56,710 nucleotides of DNA, taken from a virus (lineage: Duplodnaviria; Caudoviricetes). The notes under the pieces are model-generated. The model was not told the DNA's origin and searched no databases. It was given only the letters and a program-made list of their open reading frames with translations. The DNA is taken from IMG/VR virus record IMGVR_UViG_3300031256_000055, positions 1-56,710 of that record; one strand, written 5' to 3'. Positions 38,182 to 47,984 of this stretch are shown one piece after another (the first letter of the stretch is position 1; every line of letters starts with the position of its first letter). Position numbers and translations under genes: made by a program.

Positions 38182-38871
38182 TCATAGATTCCCCTGGAAA
38201 ATTAAATCTTGCATTTCATCTTGTGGGAATAAATTGGTTTGTGATATATGGTTTTTATACCGGTCCTCTTGAGCTTGCCAGTAATCCGGGTCATTTTCGG
38301 TGCCGATAAAATCAAACCCCATGTCATAACAGGCGATACGGGAAGAACCGGAACCCACGTGTGAATCAAAGATTTTCCATTCGGATTGAGTGTAGTTTTT
38401 AAGGAGCCATTTATATAAGGCAATGGGTTTTTGATGCCTATGGATTCTTATTTCTTTATTTCTCATATTTCCCTGCAGCATACCAGCCCATCTATATTTA
38501 AAAATCCTTGTTGCTATATTAAAAGAAGTCCATGCAAGTTCACAATCCGCATAATCAGTATTTCCATTTTCTTTATCCCAGATTATCATGCATGAGGTAT
38601 CATATAAATCATTTATAAAATAATTGCCACCCCATATTATTTGATTTTTTGATATTCTAAAAAGTTCTTTAAAATAATTTGAGTCTGGTCTTTTACATTC
38701 ATAAGGTTTGTATTTTTTAGCAAATGCTTTTTTACCCCTGGTTTCATTTTTCGATGTTTCCTCTCCATTCCCATACGGCGGATCCACAACCGCCAAATCA
38801 AAAAACTTATCCGGTACCGTCGACATATACTCCATATTGTCGACGCAGTACACTTCATTTTTAATACTCAA
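38182..38871 (-). CDS. DNA amino-methyltransferase (N6-A/N4-C, beta class)
   Basis: DLAVVDPPYG, IIWGGNYF, HRHQKPIALY, FDSHVGSGS. Confidence 0.92.
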   Translation of the reverse strand: MSIKNEVYCVDNMEYMSTVPDKFFDLAVVDPPYGNGEETSKNETRGKKAFAKKYKPYECKRPDSNYFKELFRISKNQIIWGGNYFINDLYDTSCMIIWDKENGNTDYADCELAWTSFNIATRIFKYRWAGMLQGNMRNKEIRIHRHQKPIALYKWLLKNYTQSEWKIFDSHVGSGSSRIACYDMGFDFIGTENDPDYWQAQEDRYKNHISQTNLFPQDEMQDLIFQGNL

Positions 38872-40367
38872 TTTTCACTCCTCTTGTCTGTATTTTCATC
38901 ATCCTGGTTATCATCATTACCGTTCCCCGTTCCGTCATTTTTCATATCATAATACGCCTGGTCAAGATAAGACGATAACTCACCATCAGCTTTTATAGCA
39001 GCTTCAAAATCTTCGTAAGATATTTCGACCTTATCCTTTAGCAATTCCTTAAGTATATTATATGCCGTGCGCCGTGAAACCGCCTTACTATTCAATAACT
39101 GCATTATCGAATCTGAATAATTTTTAAAAATTACACTTCGTTCTGTTTCGGTTAGACTGTCAATATCATTCCAGGGAATATTTATTTTTTCAGGCGGTGT
39201 CATGTTATACGCTAACCCTATCAATCCAAGTGTTGCAGTTATTAATTCATGATAGGGGTTATAATATTGAGCCTGTAATTTCCCGATATAAGCTATGAAT
39301 GAACTTTTTTGAGTTTCCGGCGATGAGGCATTCCCAACCATCTGCAATCCCCATAGCATTTCAGGAATACCGGTAGTCTGACATATACCCCAATAATCAA
39401 TGTTTAATATTTTTTCAAAATTTTCGATAACGTGTTGAGGGACAATAATTTCTGTTTTTTCAACACCTGTTTTATTAATCACAAAATTTTTATTCGATAT
39501 CGAAACCTGTGATAAATCATCATACCCATTATTAGAAAGCCATGTGTCAACGTCGGATGTTTCCTGTATTTGCTTCGCAGTGGTACTTAAACCATTTTCA
39601 TGAGTTACTTTGTTAACCTGCGCATATGCCTTAATCAAGGGTATTATTTTCTCAATTTCGGAATGGCCTTCAAAATCACCTTCTATTTTCCGATTGCAAA
39701 ACAATACCGGTAATATCCCGGTTGGGTTTTTCCTGATTACGCTTTGATTGATTCCCCTGGGAAGTATCCCGTACCTTGTAACAATTATTTTACTTTTCGT
39801 ATAGGTGGTTTTTTCTTTAAAATTATACAACGTCTTATCATCCATCGTGTAGAACTGATAATAAACCGTCGTGACAAACCCGAAATACTGTTTTGTTGAT
39901 GGATCTATTAAGACATCGGATATATCTTTTGATTTGATGAACCTCCATTTTACTCGCCCGGTCGACGCTTCAAACCACGGGAAAACAGCCAGGGTTCCTA
40001 TGAGATTTGCAAGCAATTGAATGTTTTGTTTTATAATTACAAACTTTTCGTTATAGTATTCTAATTGCTCATCCCAGAATTCATCCTGGTTATCCTCAAA
40101 TTCAAAATGAGGAAAACCCATAAAATTAAGAGGGATGTCAATAACCGGAGCACAAAGAAAAGCCCCGAGTTTATATCCTGGTTCAGTGTTATTATATAAG
40201 TTGATAAGCAAATCATAATTGGCGGTTTCCGGAAATGTCAAATCTATCCTGGCATTATCAGATCTTCCAACGGTCCCGCGGTTAACCGCGGATGAAGAAG
40301 AAAACAAACTTGAATATAAATTGCTTAATGAAGCCGCAACACCATTCCACCAATCAGAAAAACCCAT
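38868..40367 (-). CDS. Portal protein
   Basis: 499 aa between terL and the minor head gene; ILPVLFCN..FEGHSEI, TGIPEMLWG; acidic tail. Confidence 0.75.
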   Translation of the reverse strand: MGFSDWWNGVAASLSNLYSSLFSSSSAVNRGTVGRSDNARIDLTFPETANYDLLINLYNNTEPGYKLGAFLCAPVIDIPLNFMGFPHFEFEDNQDEFWDEQLEYYNEKFVIIKQNIQLLANLIGTLAVFPWFEASTGRVKWRFIKSKDISDVLIDPSTKQYFGFVTTVYYQFYTMDDKTLYNFKEKTTYTKSKIIVTRYGILPRGINQSVIRKNPTGILPVLFCNRKIEGDFEGHSEIEKIIPLIKAYAQVNKVTHENGLSTTAKQIQETSDVDTWLSNNGYDDLSQVSISNKNFVINKTGVEKTEIIVPQHVIENFEKILNIDYWGICQTTGIPEMLWGLQMVGNASSPETQKSSFIAYIGKLQAQYYNPYHELITATLGLIGLAYNMTPPEKINIPWNDIDSLTETERSVIFKNYSDSIMQLLNSKAVSRRTAYNILKELLKDKVEISYEDFEAAIKADGELSSYLDQAYYDMKNDGTGNGNDDNQDDENTDKRSEN

Positions 40368-40385
40368 ATACTACCTCCCGAGACT

Positions 40386-40754
40386 TTAAATAGTGTTATT
40401 ATAGTCTATTAACTCTTGTTTTGTCAAGTATTTTCTGTGTTTGTTTTTTATCTTACAAATTCTATGCTCTTCAACACTTCCGGGCGATTTTTTCCACCCG
40501 GGCATAAAAAAAATTATATCACATTTCAACATCCAGGAAATGCAATCATCAAGAATAGCTTCCCTGCCCTCAATTGTGTAGTCGGCCCCCTCTAAATACA
40601 TAAAATTAGTATGAGGACAAAAAACTGTATATCCCTTGCTTCTCAAATAAGCTGCCGCTTTCATAGCCTCCTGGATATTTTCTCTTATGGTTTTTTTGTC
40701 CCCCGAATAAGGCCCTGCAACATAAGCAAATATTTTTTCTTTCGTTTTGTTCAT
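40386..40754 (-). CDS. DUF4406/DUF1937-like (nucleoside deoxyribosyltransferase-fold) protein
   Basis: AYVAGPYSG, VFCPH, CDIIFFMPGWKKSPGSVEE. Confidence 0.75.
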   Translation of the reverse strand: MNKTKEKIFAYVAGPYSGDKKTIRENIQEAMKAAAYLRSKGYTVFCPHTNFMYLEGADYTIEGREAILDDCISWMLKCDIIFFMPGWKKSPGSVEEHRICKIKNKHRKYLTKQELIDYNNTI

Positions 40755-42136
40755 ACATCCAACCTCCCAGCATTACGCCTGATATTTTTTCTTACCTTCT
40801 CTCGCATCTTTTCCCGGTTTTCCGACGACACAATAAGACTATTCCCTGACACATAACAAGCCAATACAACCGCGTCACCTTCATCCGGGGACCGACCATA
40901 CAAATCCTTAAAATCTTCTTTTTTCTGTATTTTTTTTCGGATCTTCGTATCATATCCATACGTCCGGGCCGTCAAATCTTGCACTAAGTCTGTTGAATTA
41001 GAATCTCTGGGGATTTCAAGATATTGCATCATTTCGGCGGTTTCAAAATACATTTCCGTTGCTACATTCGCATATTCCTTGTCATCTTTTGCGGTTCCAC
41101 CGAAGTTTATAGGGTTCACATTTTTAAACCCCCATAATTTTAATTGATCTATCATACCACCGGCCCCTAATCCCCCGTTATCTATATTTATGATAGAGAA
41201 TTTATTATCTGCCTTGGCCGCAACCTCTCTGGCTGTCACTATAGGAGCTTCGTGTTTTATCCTAAAAAGTTTTTTCATCTTATATCCACGTCTCTCATAA
41301 GCAATAGAAAAATCATCGCCAAACCTTGCAACGTCTACACCTATTACCTGTTTCCCGGATGCCTTGACAATCCTATTCATAGCAAGATCAACAAGATCAC
41401 GTCTCATTATAGCTTTTTCAACCTGAGCTATGGGTTCATTCATATAGATATGTAAATATTTGTCATAATTATTTTTACGCATGATTTCCATTTCAAGGCG
41501 TAGTACATCAGGAAACCACGGATTGTCTATATAATTACATTCGATGAATAGGGTTGATGGATCATCTTTACACATGTTGTATTGTTTCATCACCGGGTCA
41601 ACCTCAAAATATTTGTTCCATATCATCCATATTTCGGAGTCAGGCGCGCGGATGGTATGAATAGCCATATCCCAGGACACTTCCGGTACCGCTTCCCCTT
41701 CATCGACTATCAGATAGTTGAAATTAGAATATCCCTTGATTGATCGTGCAGCCCGTAAATCACGCAACCCTTTGAATTTAAAAATACTGCCGGTTTTTAT
41801 ATTAACAATTTTTTCGTTTTGTATATCCCAATTCGGATATCCCATATACCGTATCATTTCTGCAATTTCTGAGTGCAAGGAATCCGCTATTGAATCCAGG
41901 ATTTCCCTTGCCCACAAAACCTTGATTCGTCTAATCGAAGCAATACGTATCATTATCCGCACAACAGATTGTGTTTTCCCGGACCCCCTCCCACCAGTTA
42001 TAAATTTCTTACGGTAAGGTTCCCACAAGGGCATGAGCTTAGGCGGGATTTGATCAAGCTCTTGCTGTCTCAATAATTGCAAGAGCCTAATATTATCGTG
42101 TGTGTCTATTGTTTTTTTATATACTGGTTTTATCAA
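40751..42136 (-). CDS. terL: Terminase large subunit (PBSX/SPP1-like)
   Basis: GGRGSGKT, FKFKGL, IVDEGE, NYIDNPWF, GVDVARFGDD, SPDEGDA. Confidence 0.93.
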   Translation of the reverse strand: MIKPVYKKTIDTHDNIRLLQLLRQQELDQIPPKLMPLWEPYRKKFITGGRGSGKTQSVVRIMIRIASIRRIKVLWAREILDSIADSLHSEIAEMIRYMGYPNWDIQNEKIVNIKTGSIFKFKGLRDLRAARSIKGYSNFNYLIVDEGEAVPEVSWDMAIHTIRAPDSEIWMIWNKYFEVDPVMKQYNMCKDDPSTLFIECNYIDNPWFPDVLRLEMEIMRKNNYDKYLHIYMNEPIAQVEKAIMRRDLVDLAMNRIVKASGKQVIGVDVARFGDDFSIAYERRGYKMKKLFRIKHEAPIVTAREVAAKADNKFSIINIDNGGLGAGGMIDQLKLWGFKNVNPINFGGTAKDDKEYANVATEMYFETAEMMQYLEIPRDSNSTDLVQDLTARTYGYDTKIRKKIQKKEDFKDLYGRSPDEGDAVVLACYVSGNSLIVSSENREKMREKVRKNIRRNAGRLDV

Positions 42137-42355
42137 TATCTCATTCCAATATTTTAATTTATTCCATTCCTGTTTCTACAATTTATTTTTATTTCACAAT
42201 TAAAGCACCCCGGTTGATTTATGCAAAATTCATTAAAAGAATCTCTAAATAATTTATCAAACATAAGCGCCCACACAATATGACTTTTTTTGCTGGGTAA
42301 ATTATTATAATATATAATATAATTTAAAAAATCTTCTACAAAGTCTATGAATGTT

Positions 42356-42709
42356 TTAATTATTATTTGCATTATGTAAAGGATCCTTTTTTCTTAATTC
42401 CTGCAATAAAATCCCTGTTTTCAACTCTAAAAAAGATTTATCCCCACAATACGAATCATTAAGTTTTAAAATTTCCTCCCGTCGGTAAAATACACTTTTC
42501 CCTTCAACCAACCTTTCCCAGGCTGTCAAGATCCCGGAAAATGTGTCCCATTCGTCGATGTCATTACATAAGGACCATCCGCAATAGCCATTATTTATCA
42601 AAATAACGCCTATCTTTCTACGGGTTTCATCCCGGACATAAATCAACCGGTCAACCTCTGCCGGTAAGTTCTCAAACTCGTCTACAAAACATTTCGGTAG
42701 TTTACTCAT
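42356..42709 (-). CDS. Hypothetical protein
   Basis: 117 aa, AAGGAG SD. Confidence 0.6.
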   Translation of the reverse strand: MSKLPKCFVDEFENLPAEVDRLIYVRDETRRKIGVILINNGYCGWSLCNDIDEWDTFSGILTAWERLVEGKSVFYRREEILKLNDSYCGDKSFLELKTGILLQELRKKDPLHNANNN

Positions 42710-42918
42710 TACTACAACTCCTTTTCTTTAGTAAGTATTTTAAAAATAATTATCTATATAGACTATTATTTTTTATCTATATTTTTTTTAATTGCTTCTT
42801 CTATACAATTCAAAAGCGCTGCATTTCTTTTATAATTATGATTTAAATTAAGATAATCTATAATATAACTTAATGATTCCTTTGCTGCCTTTTCTATTTG
42901 TTGATTATTCATGAAAAT

Positions 42919-43212
42919 TTACTCCTTTTCTTTCCTAAACTGTCTAATATAATTCACCAACGGCAACGCCGTGATCGGTGTACGATGTTTCAAGCTATAT
43001 GCAAGATACACAATCTCGCCTAAAAATTCAACCAAAATTAAAACTTTTGTATTTGACTGGATTTTGTAATCAATAATATCCCCACTTTCAATCTTTTTTA
43101 TGAGATTCTTTATATCTCGCCTGTTACATAATAATTCATATCTATGCCATAATCGGCTTTTAAAATGAGCTTTTTTGAATCGTTTAACATCAATATAACG
43201 CTCATTCTTCAT
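42919..43212 (-). CDS. Small basic hypothetical protein
   Basis: 97 aa, overlaps the terS-like stop. Confidence 0.55.
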   Translation of the reverse strand: MKNERYIDVKRFKKAHFKSRLWHRYELLCNRRDIKNLIKKIESGDIIDYKIQSNTKVLILVEFLGEIVYLAYSLKHRTPITALPLVNYIRQFRKEKE

Positions 43213-43810
43213 TTTTATTTTCCGGTATGTCTATGGGTGGGGCTATGGCTAAAACCTTATTACTTGATATATATTCTTGAATTTCAGCTATCCTTTCTGC
43301 ATCGGTCATTTCGTATATAGGCTTTTTCCCGGTGGCATCTTCATTTAGATCCGTGTCATGAATCCTGAACACTTTCTCGACAAACTCACGGGCTTTATCA
43401 CGGTCACATAATTTTATCTTGATCTGTTTTCTCCCGAGTCTATCATAACTTGTTTCTATTGATTCAATACAATATGCGAAATCATCCAGGGCTTTTAATG
43501 TAGTTGCCCCCTTCGGTAGATTTAACTCACCATCAGGCGTTATAATATCACCTGGATTAAAACAAGTTCGGATCAACCATATTTTTATCAACCGGTCTTT
43601 AACAGTCTCGCGCCTAACGCCTGTCATATACTCGCCATAGCGGATAAGTGCTTGACGGCCCTTTTGAGATTTCAAAAATCTGGAAGGATATATAGACGTT
43701 TTATATCCGCCGATGCCCGGGAAGATACGATAATCGTTATCTACATAATCAATTATCGTTTGTTGCTGTTTATCGTTTAATCCCTGGGTCCAGTAATCGT
43801 CAAAAAGCAT
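43202..43810 (-). CDS. terS: Terminase small subunit (probable)
   Basis: LNDKQQ, FNPGDII..DG, IKIKLCDRDKA, MTDAER; upstream of terL. Confidence 0.65.
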   Translation of the reverse strand: MLFDDYWTQGLNDKQQQTIIDYVDNDYRIFPGIGGYKTSIYPSRFLKSQKGRQALIRYGEYMTGVRRETVKDRLIKIWLIRTCFNPGDIITPDGELNLPKGATTLKALDDFAYCIESIETSYDRLGRKQIKIKLCDRDKAREFVEKVFRIHDTDLNEDATGKKPIYEMTDAERIAEIQEYISSNKVLAIAPPIDIPENKNEE

Positions 43811-44344
43811 TTTTTATTTATCATCCTCTTTTGTTTTGTTTAGCTTATCCCCGCAAGCACTTAATCCCTTACTATCCATCTGCTTTAGATATTTCATACA
43901 GTTTTCATCATACAGCTTAGCATTGCAAACAAACCGAGCCGCACATTCTTTTCCAGTAGGGGTCAAACAATCAGCTTCCATATATATCGTCCTCGTCTAT
44001 ATTTAATTCAGCCATTCCTTTTTTAGTAATTATTAATTCATCGTTTTTTAGTTTTAAATAAATGCCATATTCCATGATTTTATACATCATAAACAACCCG
44101 GCTAAAAAACAAACTATTGCCGTTATTATTGTTATAATCATTTTTCATTCTCCTTGTTCCTTTTGATATCCAAAAAGAATATCATCAATTATACAATCTC
44201 CCATATACATATGACCTAATTCTTTAAAAGAAAAAGGAGGAATTCCTCTTTCTTTTAGCTTATTAACGCATTCCTCAAGGATATTATAATAATTTTTCCC
44301 ATGTTTAGGGCTACCACTTCCGGCCATTTTTTCATTTACTGCTT

Positions 44345-44755
44345 TCATATCCTCATCTTCCTCGCTTTCTTAAATAACTTATCGTCTATAGTCGCGGCGC
44401 ACTTAATTACCTGTGAAGCTAACCACTGCCTTCCCTCTGCGACCGAACTAACAACCGTCGAATCTTTCAGAGACGAAAAGCAAAATATCTCGCCTTCCCG
44501 TACTTCAAACATAATACCGAGAAATATACCGAAGTATGTAACTTTTTTTGATTTACATATTTTTGATAATGCAATTACTTCATCGGAATAAAATAATTCA
44601 TATCCCCTGCGCTTCCGTTTAGGTTTATACTTTTGGCGCTGTTCAATTTCACACTCCTTACATTTCGGTCGATATCCACCCATACCGGATTTATAGAATT
44701 CATGAATGGGTTTTGTTTCATTACACTTTGAACAGGTTTTTGTTTTTTCTTCCAT
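44345..44755 (-). CDS. Cys4 zinc-finger protein
   Basis: KTCSKCNETKPIHEFYK..RPKCKEC; no catalytic HNH motif seen. Confidence 0.6.
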   Translation of the reverse strand: MEEKTKTCSKCNETKPIHEFYKSGMGGYRPKCKECEIEQRQKYKPKRKRRGYELFYSDEVIALSKICKSKKVTYFGIFLGIMFEVREGEIFCFSSLKDSTVVSSVAEGRQWLASQVIKCAATIDDKLFKKARKMRI

Positions 44756-44758
44756 GGG

Positions 44759-45505
44759 CTATATGTCCCAATTTTCAGGATCATTTTTAAAATTAACATC
44801 ACATATATTTTTCAAAAAACAAAAAGTGCAATCAAGTCTATCGCTACAATATTTTTTAATTTTATTAAGTATTTTTTTTGCTTCTTTTAAATTTAATATT
44901 TCCCGGGATACATCGGTTGGCTGTATATTTTCCCCCGACTTCCCGGGAACTTCTTCAAGCCATTCGGGGAGCCAGAAAAATCCATAATCAAAATAGTTTC
45001 CTTCCCCCTCCGTGCTATTTGAATTTATTTTTTTACCGCAATAATCAAACATTTTATTAGAAAAACCACAATTATCAATTTCTCTGTGTACATATCCTGT
45101 AATATATTCTATATACCCATTACTCTTAAGCCACTTCACTATCTCGTCTTTCGATTTTACGTAAAGCCCTGGCTCGCGGGTGTCGGGGTGAATAACAGAA
45201 AAAACCGTTTTATCTTTACCCGATGCGATATCAATACCAACAAATGTTTTTTGCAGTTTATTAACCAAATCGTCAAAATCTTTTTTTAATTCTGTGATCT
45301 GTTTTTTAAAATCAACAATATCACAATGCTGCTTAGTAAAATTCCTGGTATTATCATCAACAAAAGTACTGAGTATTCCTCTTGATGATTCAAGGGTTTT
45401 TATCCGGGATTCGAGTTCCTTTAAAATCCAAGCTTGCCATTTGTCAAAATTATTATCAATATTACAGTGGACAAAATTAATTTTTTCTTCACTCATGTTC
45501 ATCAC
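44759..45505 (-). CDS. Hypothetical protein with coiled coil and C-terminal Cys4 module
   Basis: 248 aa; IKKYC..CTFC..C..PENWDI. Confidence 0.6.
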   Translation of the reverse strand: MMNMSEEKINFVHCNIDNNFDKWQAWILKELESRIKTLESSRGILSTFVDDNTRNFTKQHCDIVDFKKQITELKKDFDDLVNKLQKTFVGIDIASGKDKTVFSVIHPDTREPGLYVKSKDEIVKWLKSNGYIEYITGYVHREIDNCGFSNKMFDYCGKKINSNSTEGEGNYFDYGFFWLPEWLEEVPGKSGENIQPTDVSREILNLKEAKKILNKIKKYCSDRLDCTFCFLKNICDVNFKNDPENWDI

Positions 45506-45537
45506 TCCTTATAAATTAAATTAAACATATATAAGAT

Positions 45538-45566
45538 ACTATACCAAACTCAGAAATAAAAGTCAA
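45538..45566 (-). promoter_or_regulatory. Leftward promoter
   Basis: Minus strand TTGACT-N17-TATAGT upstream of 45505. Confidence 0.65.
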
Positions 45567-45569
45567 GTA

Positions 45570-46085
45570 AAATCTTTATTTGTGACCCTTTGTGACAATA
45601 AATTACAATTACAACCATTTGTCAAAAATAACTTGTTATACCATAAGGAATTAACTTGATATAGAAAAAGTTTTGACAAAAAAAATATTGAGTCTGTCAA
45701 AAATAACTTGTTATACCATAAGAAATTAAATAAATATTTGGGAGTTTTGACATTTTGACAAGTTCTGCACACATATATATATGTATTAATATATTTTATA
45801 TAAATTTATATAAAATTCTCTATGCGTATATATATAAATTTTAAATTTAATAAATTTTTTATTAAAGAGGGATTAATTGCTTATACCATAAGAAATTATT
45901 TTTGACATCGAATTGTCAAGGCGTGTCAAAACTTTTTGGAAAGTGAGTTAACTTGTTATATTATAAAGAATTAGTTTTGACACGAGTTTTGACAAAATGA
46001 TTTATTTTTTGTCAAAAAACCTAATTTAATTTAGAAAATAATTTATTTATATTTATTATTTGATTATTTTTATTATTTTTAATAA
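45570..46085. repeat. Non-coding iteron-like repeat region with AT-rich core; candidate replication origin
   Basis: 35-bp repeat TGTCAAAAATAACTTGTTATACCATAAGRAATTAA at 45620 and 45695, partial copies near 45876 and 45950, many TTGACA/TGTCAA, nearly pure AT 45775-45865. Confidence 0.65.
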
Positions 46086-46090
46086 AATAC

Positions 46091-46119
46091 TTGACATTTT
46101 TATTATTATTTGATATAAT
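46091..46119 (+). promoter_or_regulatory. Consensus sigma70 rightward promoter
   Basis: TTGACA-N17-TATAAT then AAGGAGG. Confidence 0.8.
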
Positions 46120-46147
46120 AAATATAAAATAAAGGAGGTTGAGTGAG

Positions 46148-46315
46148 GTGGATAAAATTACTACAATAAAACTTAACAATCAAATATGGATCGAATTAAA
46201 AAAGAAAGCACTGGATAAACAAATTAAATTTAATGAGCTCTTAAATATTATTTGCAAAGAATACCTTGAGAAAAATGCCGGTATTAATAATAATGAGAAA
46301 GTAGGGTTGGTATAA
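46148..46315 (+). CDS. Ribbon-helix-helix-like small regulator (55 aa, not in ORF track)
   Basis: MDKITTIKLNNQIWIELKKKALDKQIKFNELLNIICKEYLEK: alternating beta strand plus two helices; GTG start after SD. Confidence 0.65.
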   Translation: MDKITTIKLNNQIWIELKKKALDKQIKFNELLNIICKEYLEKNAGINNNEKVGLV

Positions 46316-46321
46316 ACATAA

Positions 46322-46456
46322 GGGGTTATGGTGTAATTGGTAACATGATAATGGCCATACAAGAAGATGAGCCCGCAGATACAAGATGTTAGGTTGGATA
46401 ATCGGATAGCTCTTCTTGGAATTTTTATTATACAGGTTCGAATCCTGTCAGCCCCA
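46322..46456 (+). ncRNA. tRNA-like RNA (135 nt) with about 60 nt inserted in the anticodon arm
   Basis: Acceptor GGGGTTA/CAGCCCC-A, D arm GTGT-AATTGGTA-ACAT, T arm ACAGG-TTCGAAT-CCTGT. Confidence 0.75.
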
Positions 46457-46484
46457 TTTTATTATTTTATGGAAAGGAGTATAA

Positions 46485-46727
46485 ATGATAACAGAAAAAC
46501 AAATTATGAATATTATAAAAAATAAAGCTGAATTGATATCAGGTGTAATAGTGACCGATGAAGATAGAAAACTTGCAAAGATATTAAGGTCTCATTATGT
46601 TAATGAAAAGCCGGAAATATGGCAAAAAATATACAAAGAATTATCTTCAATAAGTTTTGAGCATGCTTCATTAGAAGCGAGTGCGGTATTATTGGCTATG
46701 CATAGAAAGCGGGAGGTAAAGCCATGA
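46485..46727 (+). CDS. Hypothetical protein
   Basis: 80 aa, AAGGAG SD. Confidence 0.6.
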   Translation: MITEKQIMNIIKNKAELISGVIVTDEDRKLAKILRSHYVNEKPEIWQKIYKELSSISFEHASLEASAVLLAMHRKREVKP

Positions 46728-46889
46728 AATGTAAAAACAGATTTTGCTATATGTTTTCAGAAAAGGAAAAAGGGAATTGTAAAGTATTTTATCCATATCA
46801 AATGGAGAATTGTCCAACAAAGAAAGAATTTGACCAGTTTGTCCTGGTAAACGGGATAGGTGAAATAGAGACAGGGGAGGAAATAAGCG

Positions 46890-47543
46890 ATGAACGGTAA
46901 AAAAGAGTTTGCTGATAAATTATTATCCGAACCATCATATAAAAGACGGTTGAGGATGATTAAGGAAATATGTATAAATGGATTTTGTGATGAATGTATT
47001 TTTTATAGTGGTCCATTTTGCAAAGCAAGAAATCTTAACAAGAAAGCTTTCCCCCAAAGGCCCAGTCTATGGGAAATAGAAGACTTACAAGAAAATCCAG
47101 AACCCGAGAAAACAGAAGTCAAGATGACTCGTAAGCGATTGAAGAAACTGTGGAAGATTAAAAGGCATTGCGAAAAACAAAACGATTGTTCTTATTGTGG
47201 GTATTTTAGCAATAAAACAAATATTAGATCGTTACCTGTATGTTATTTTTTTAACGAATATGCTAATAAAATGACCGTTCCTGTTTTTTGGAATCTCCCT
47301 CCACTCCCTAAAAAGAAAAGATTTAAAGATAGGTTTGTGTTAGGCGAGAAAATCGATAAAAAATTAAACAAGGGTATCGTGAAGGCGTTATATATAAAAG
47401 GTTATTATTCAATAACATGCAATGTATGGGATTATGACAAAAAAAATAAAAATGAAGAAGAAATTATAAGTATAACTTCAGATTGTCGCTATATATCAGA
47501 AAGCGGGTTTGATTTTATGCACGCCGAACCGGTGGAAAGGTAA
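46890..47543 (+). CDS. Protein with two tandem Cys4-PxxW modules
   Basis: IKEIC..CDEC..C..PSLWEI and IKRHC..CSYC..C..PVFWNL. Confidence 0.6.
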   Translation: MNGKKEFADKLLSEPSYKRRLRMIKEICINGFCDECIFYSGPFCKARNLNKKAFPQRPSLWEIEDLQENPEPEKTEVKMTRKRLKKLWKIKRHCEKQNDCSYCGYFSNKTNIRSLPVCYFFNEYANKMTVPVFWNLPPLPKKKRFKDRFVLGEKIDKKLNKGIVKALYIKGYYSITCNVWDYDKKNKNEEEIISITSDCRYISESGFDFMHAEPVER

Positions 47544-47708
47544 TAATGAAAAGAAATAAATCTCAAGATTTAGAATATTATAAAAATATTTTAAAGAAAA
47601 ACGAAAAAACAGAGAAAGAGGCTAAATCTAAAAGATGGTATACAGAAGATGATCCAGCACGGATAAAAATCATAAGAATTTTTAATTAATATAAATAAGG
47701 AGCATTAA

Positions 47709-47984
47709 ATGGAATCAATAACCAGACAACAGAGAATTAAAAGAAACACATTAGTTATTATTGCGGCTATATTATCAATAATATTTTTTATTATGTGTAC
47801 AATATTATTTTTATATTTATCACTTAAAAATAGTGTATGGTATAAAACACCTATAGACGGCAATGAATTGGAATGGAGCATAAACGTTGTATTATGCACT
47901 GTTTATTGGGCATTATTTATAATTGATATATTTTTAGTTATTTTTGAACCCATCGTTATTATAACAACATGGTGGATAAAATGA
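47709..47984 (+). CDS. Small two-TM membrane protein
   Basis: Two hydrophobic helices, AAGGAG SD. Confidence 0.6.
   Translation: MESITRQQRIKRNTLVIIAAILSIIFFIMCTILFLYLSLKNSVWYKTPIDGNELEWSINVVLCTVYWALFIIDIFLVIFEPIVIITTWWIK

Noticed and set aside
44345-44755. HNH or endonuclease VII homing nuclease
   Set aside because: Only the N-terminal Cys4 finger is present; no DH..H/N catalytic motif
45570-46085. CRISPR array
   Set aside because: Only two full repeats, irregular degenerate copies, no unique equal-length spacers and no cas genes
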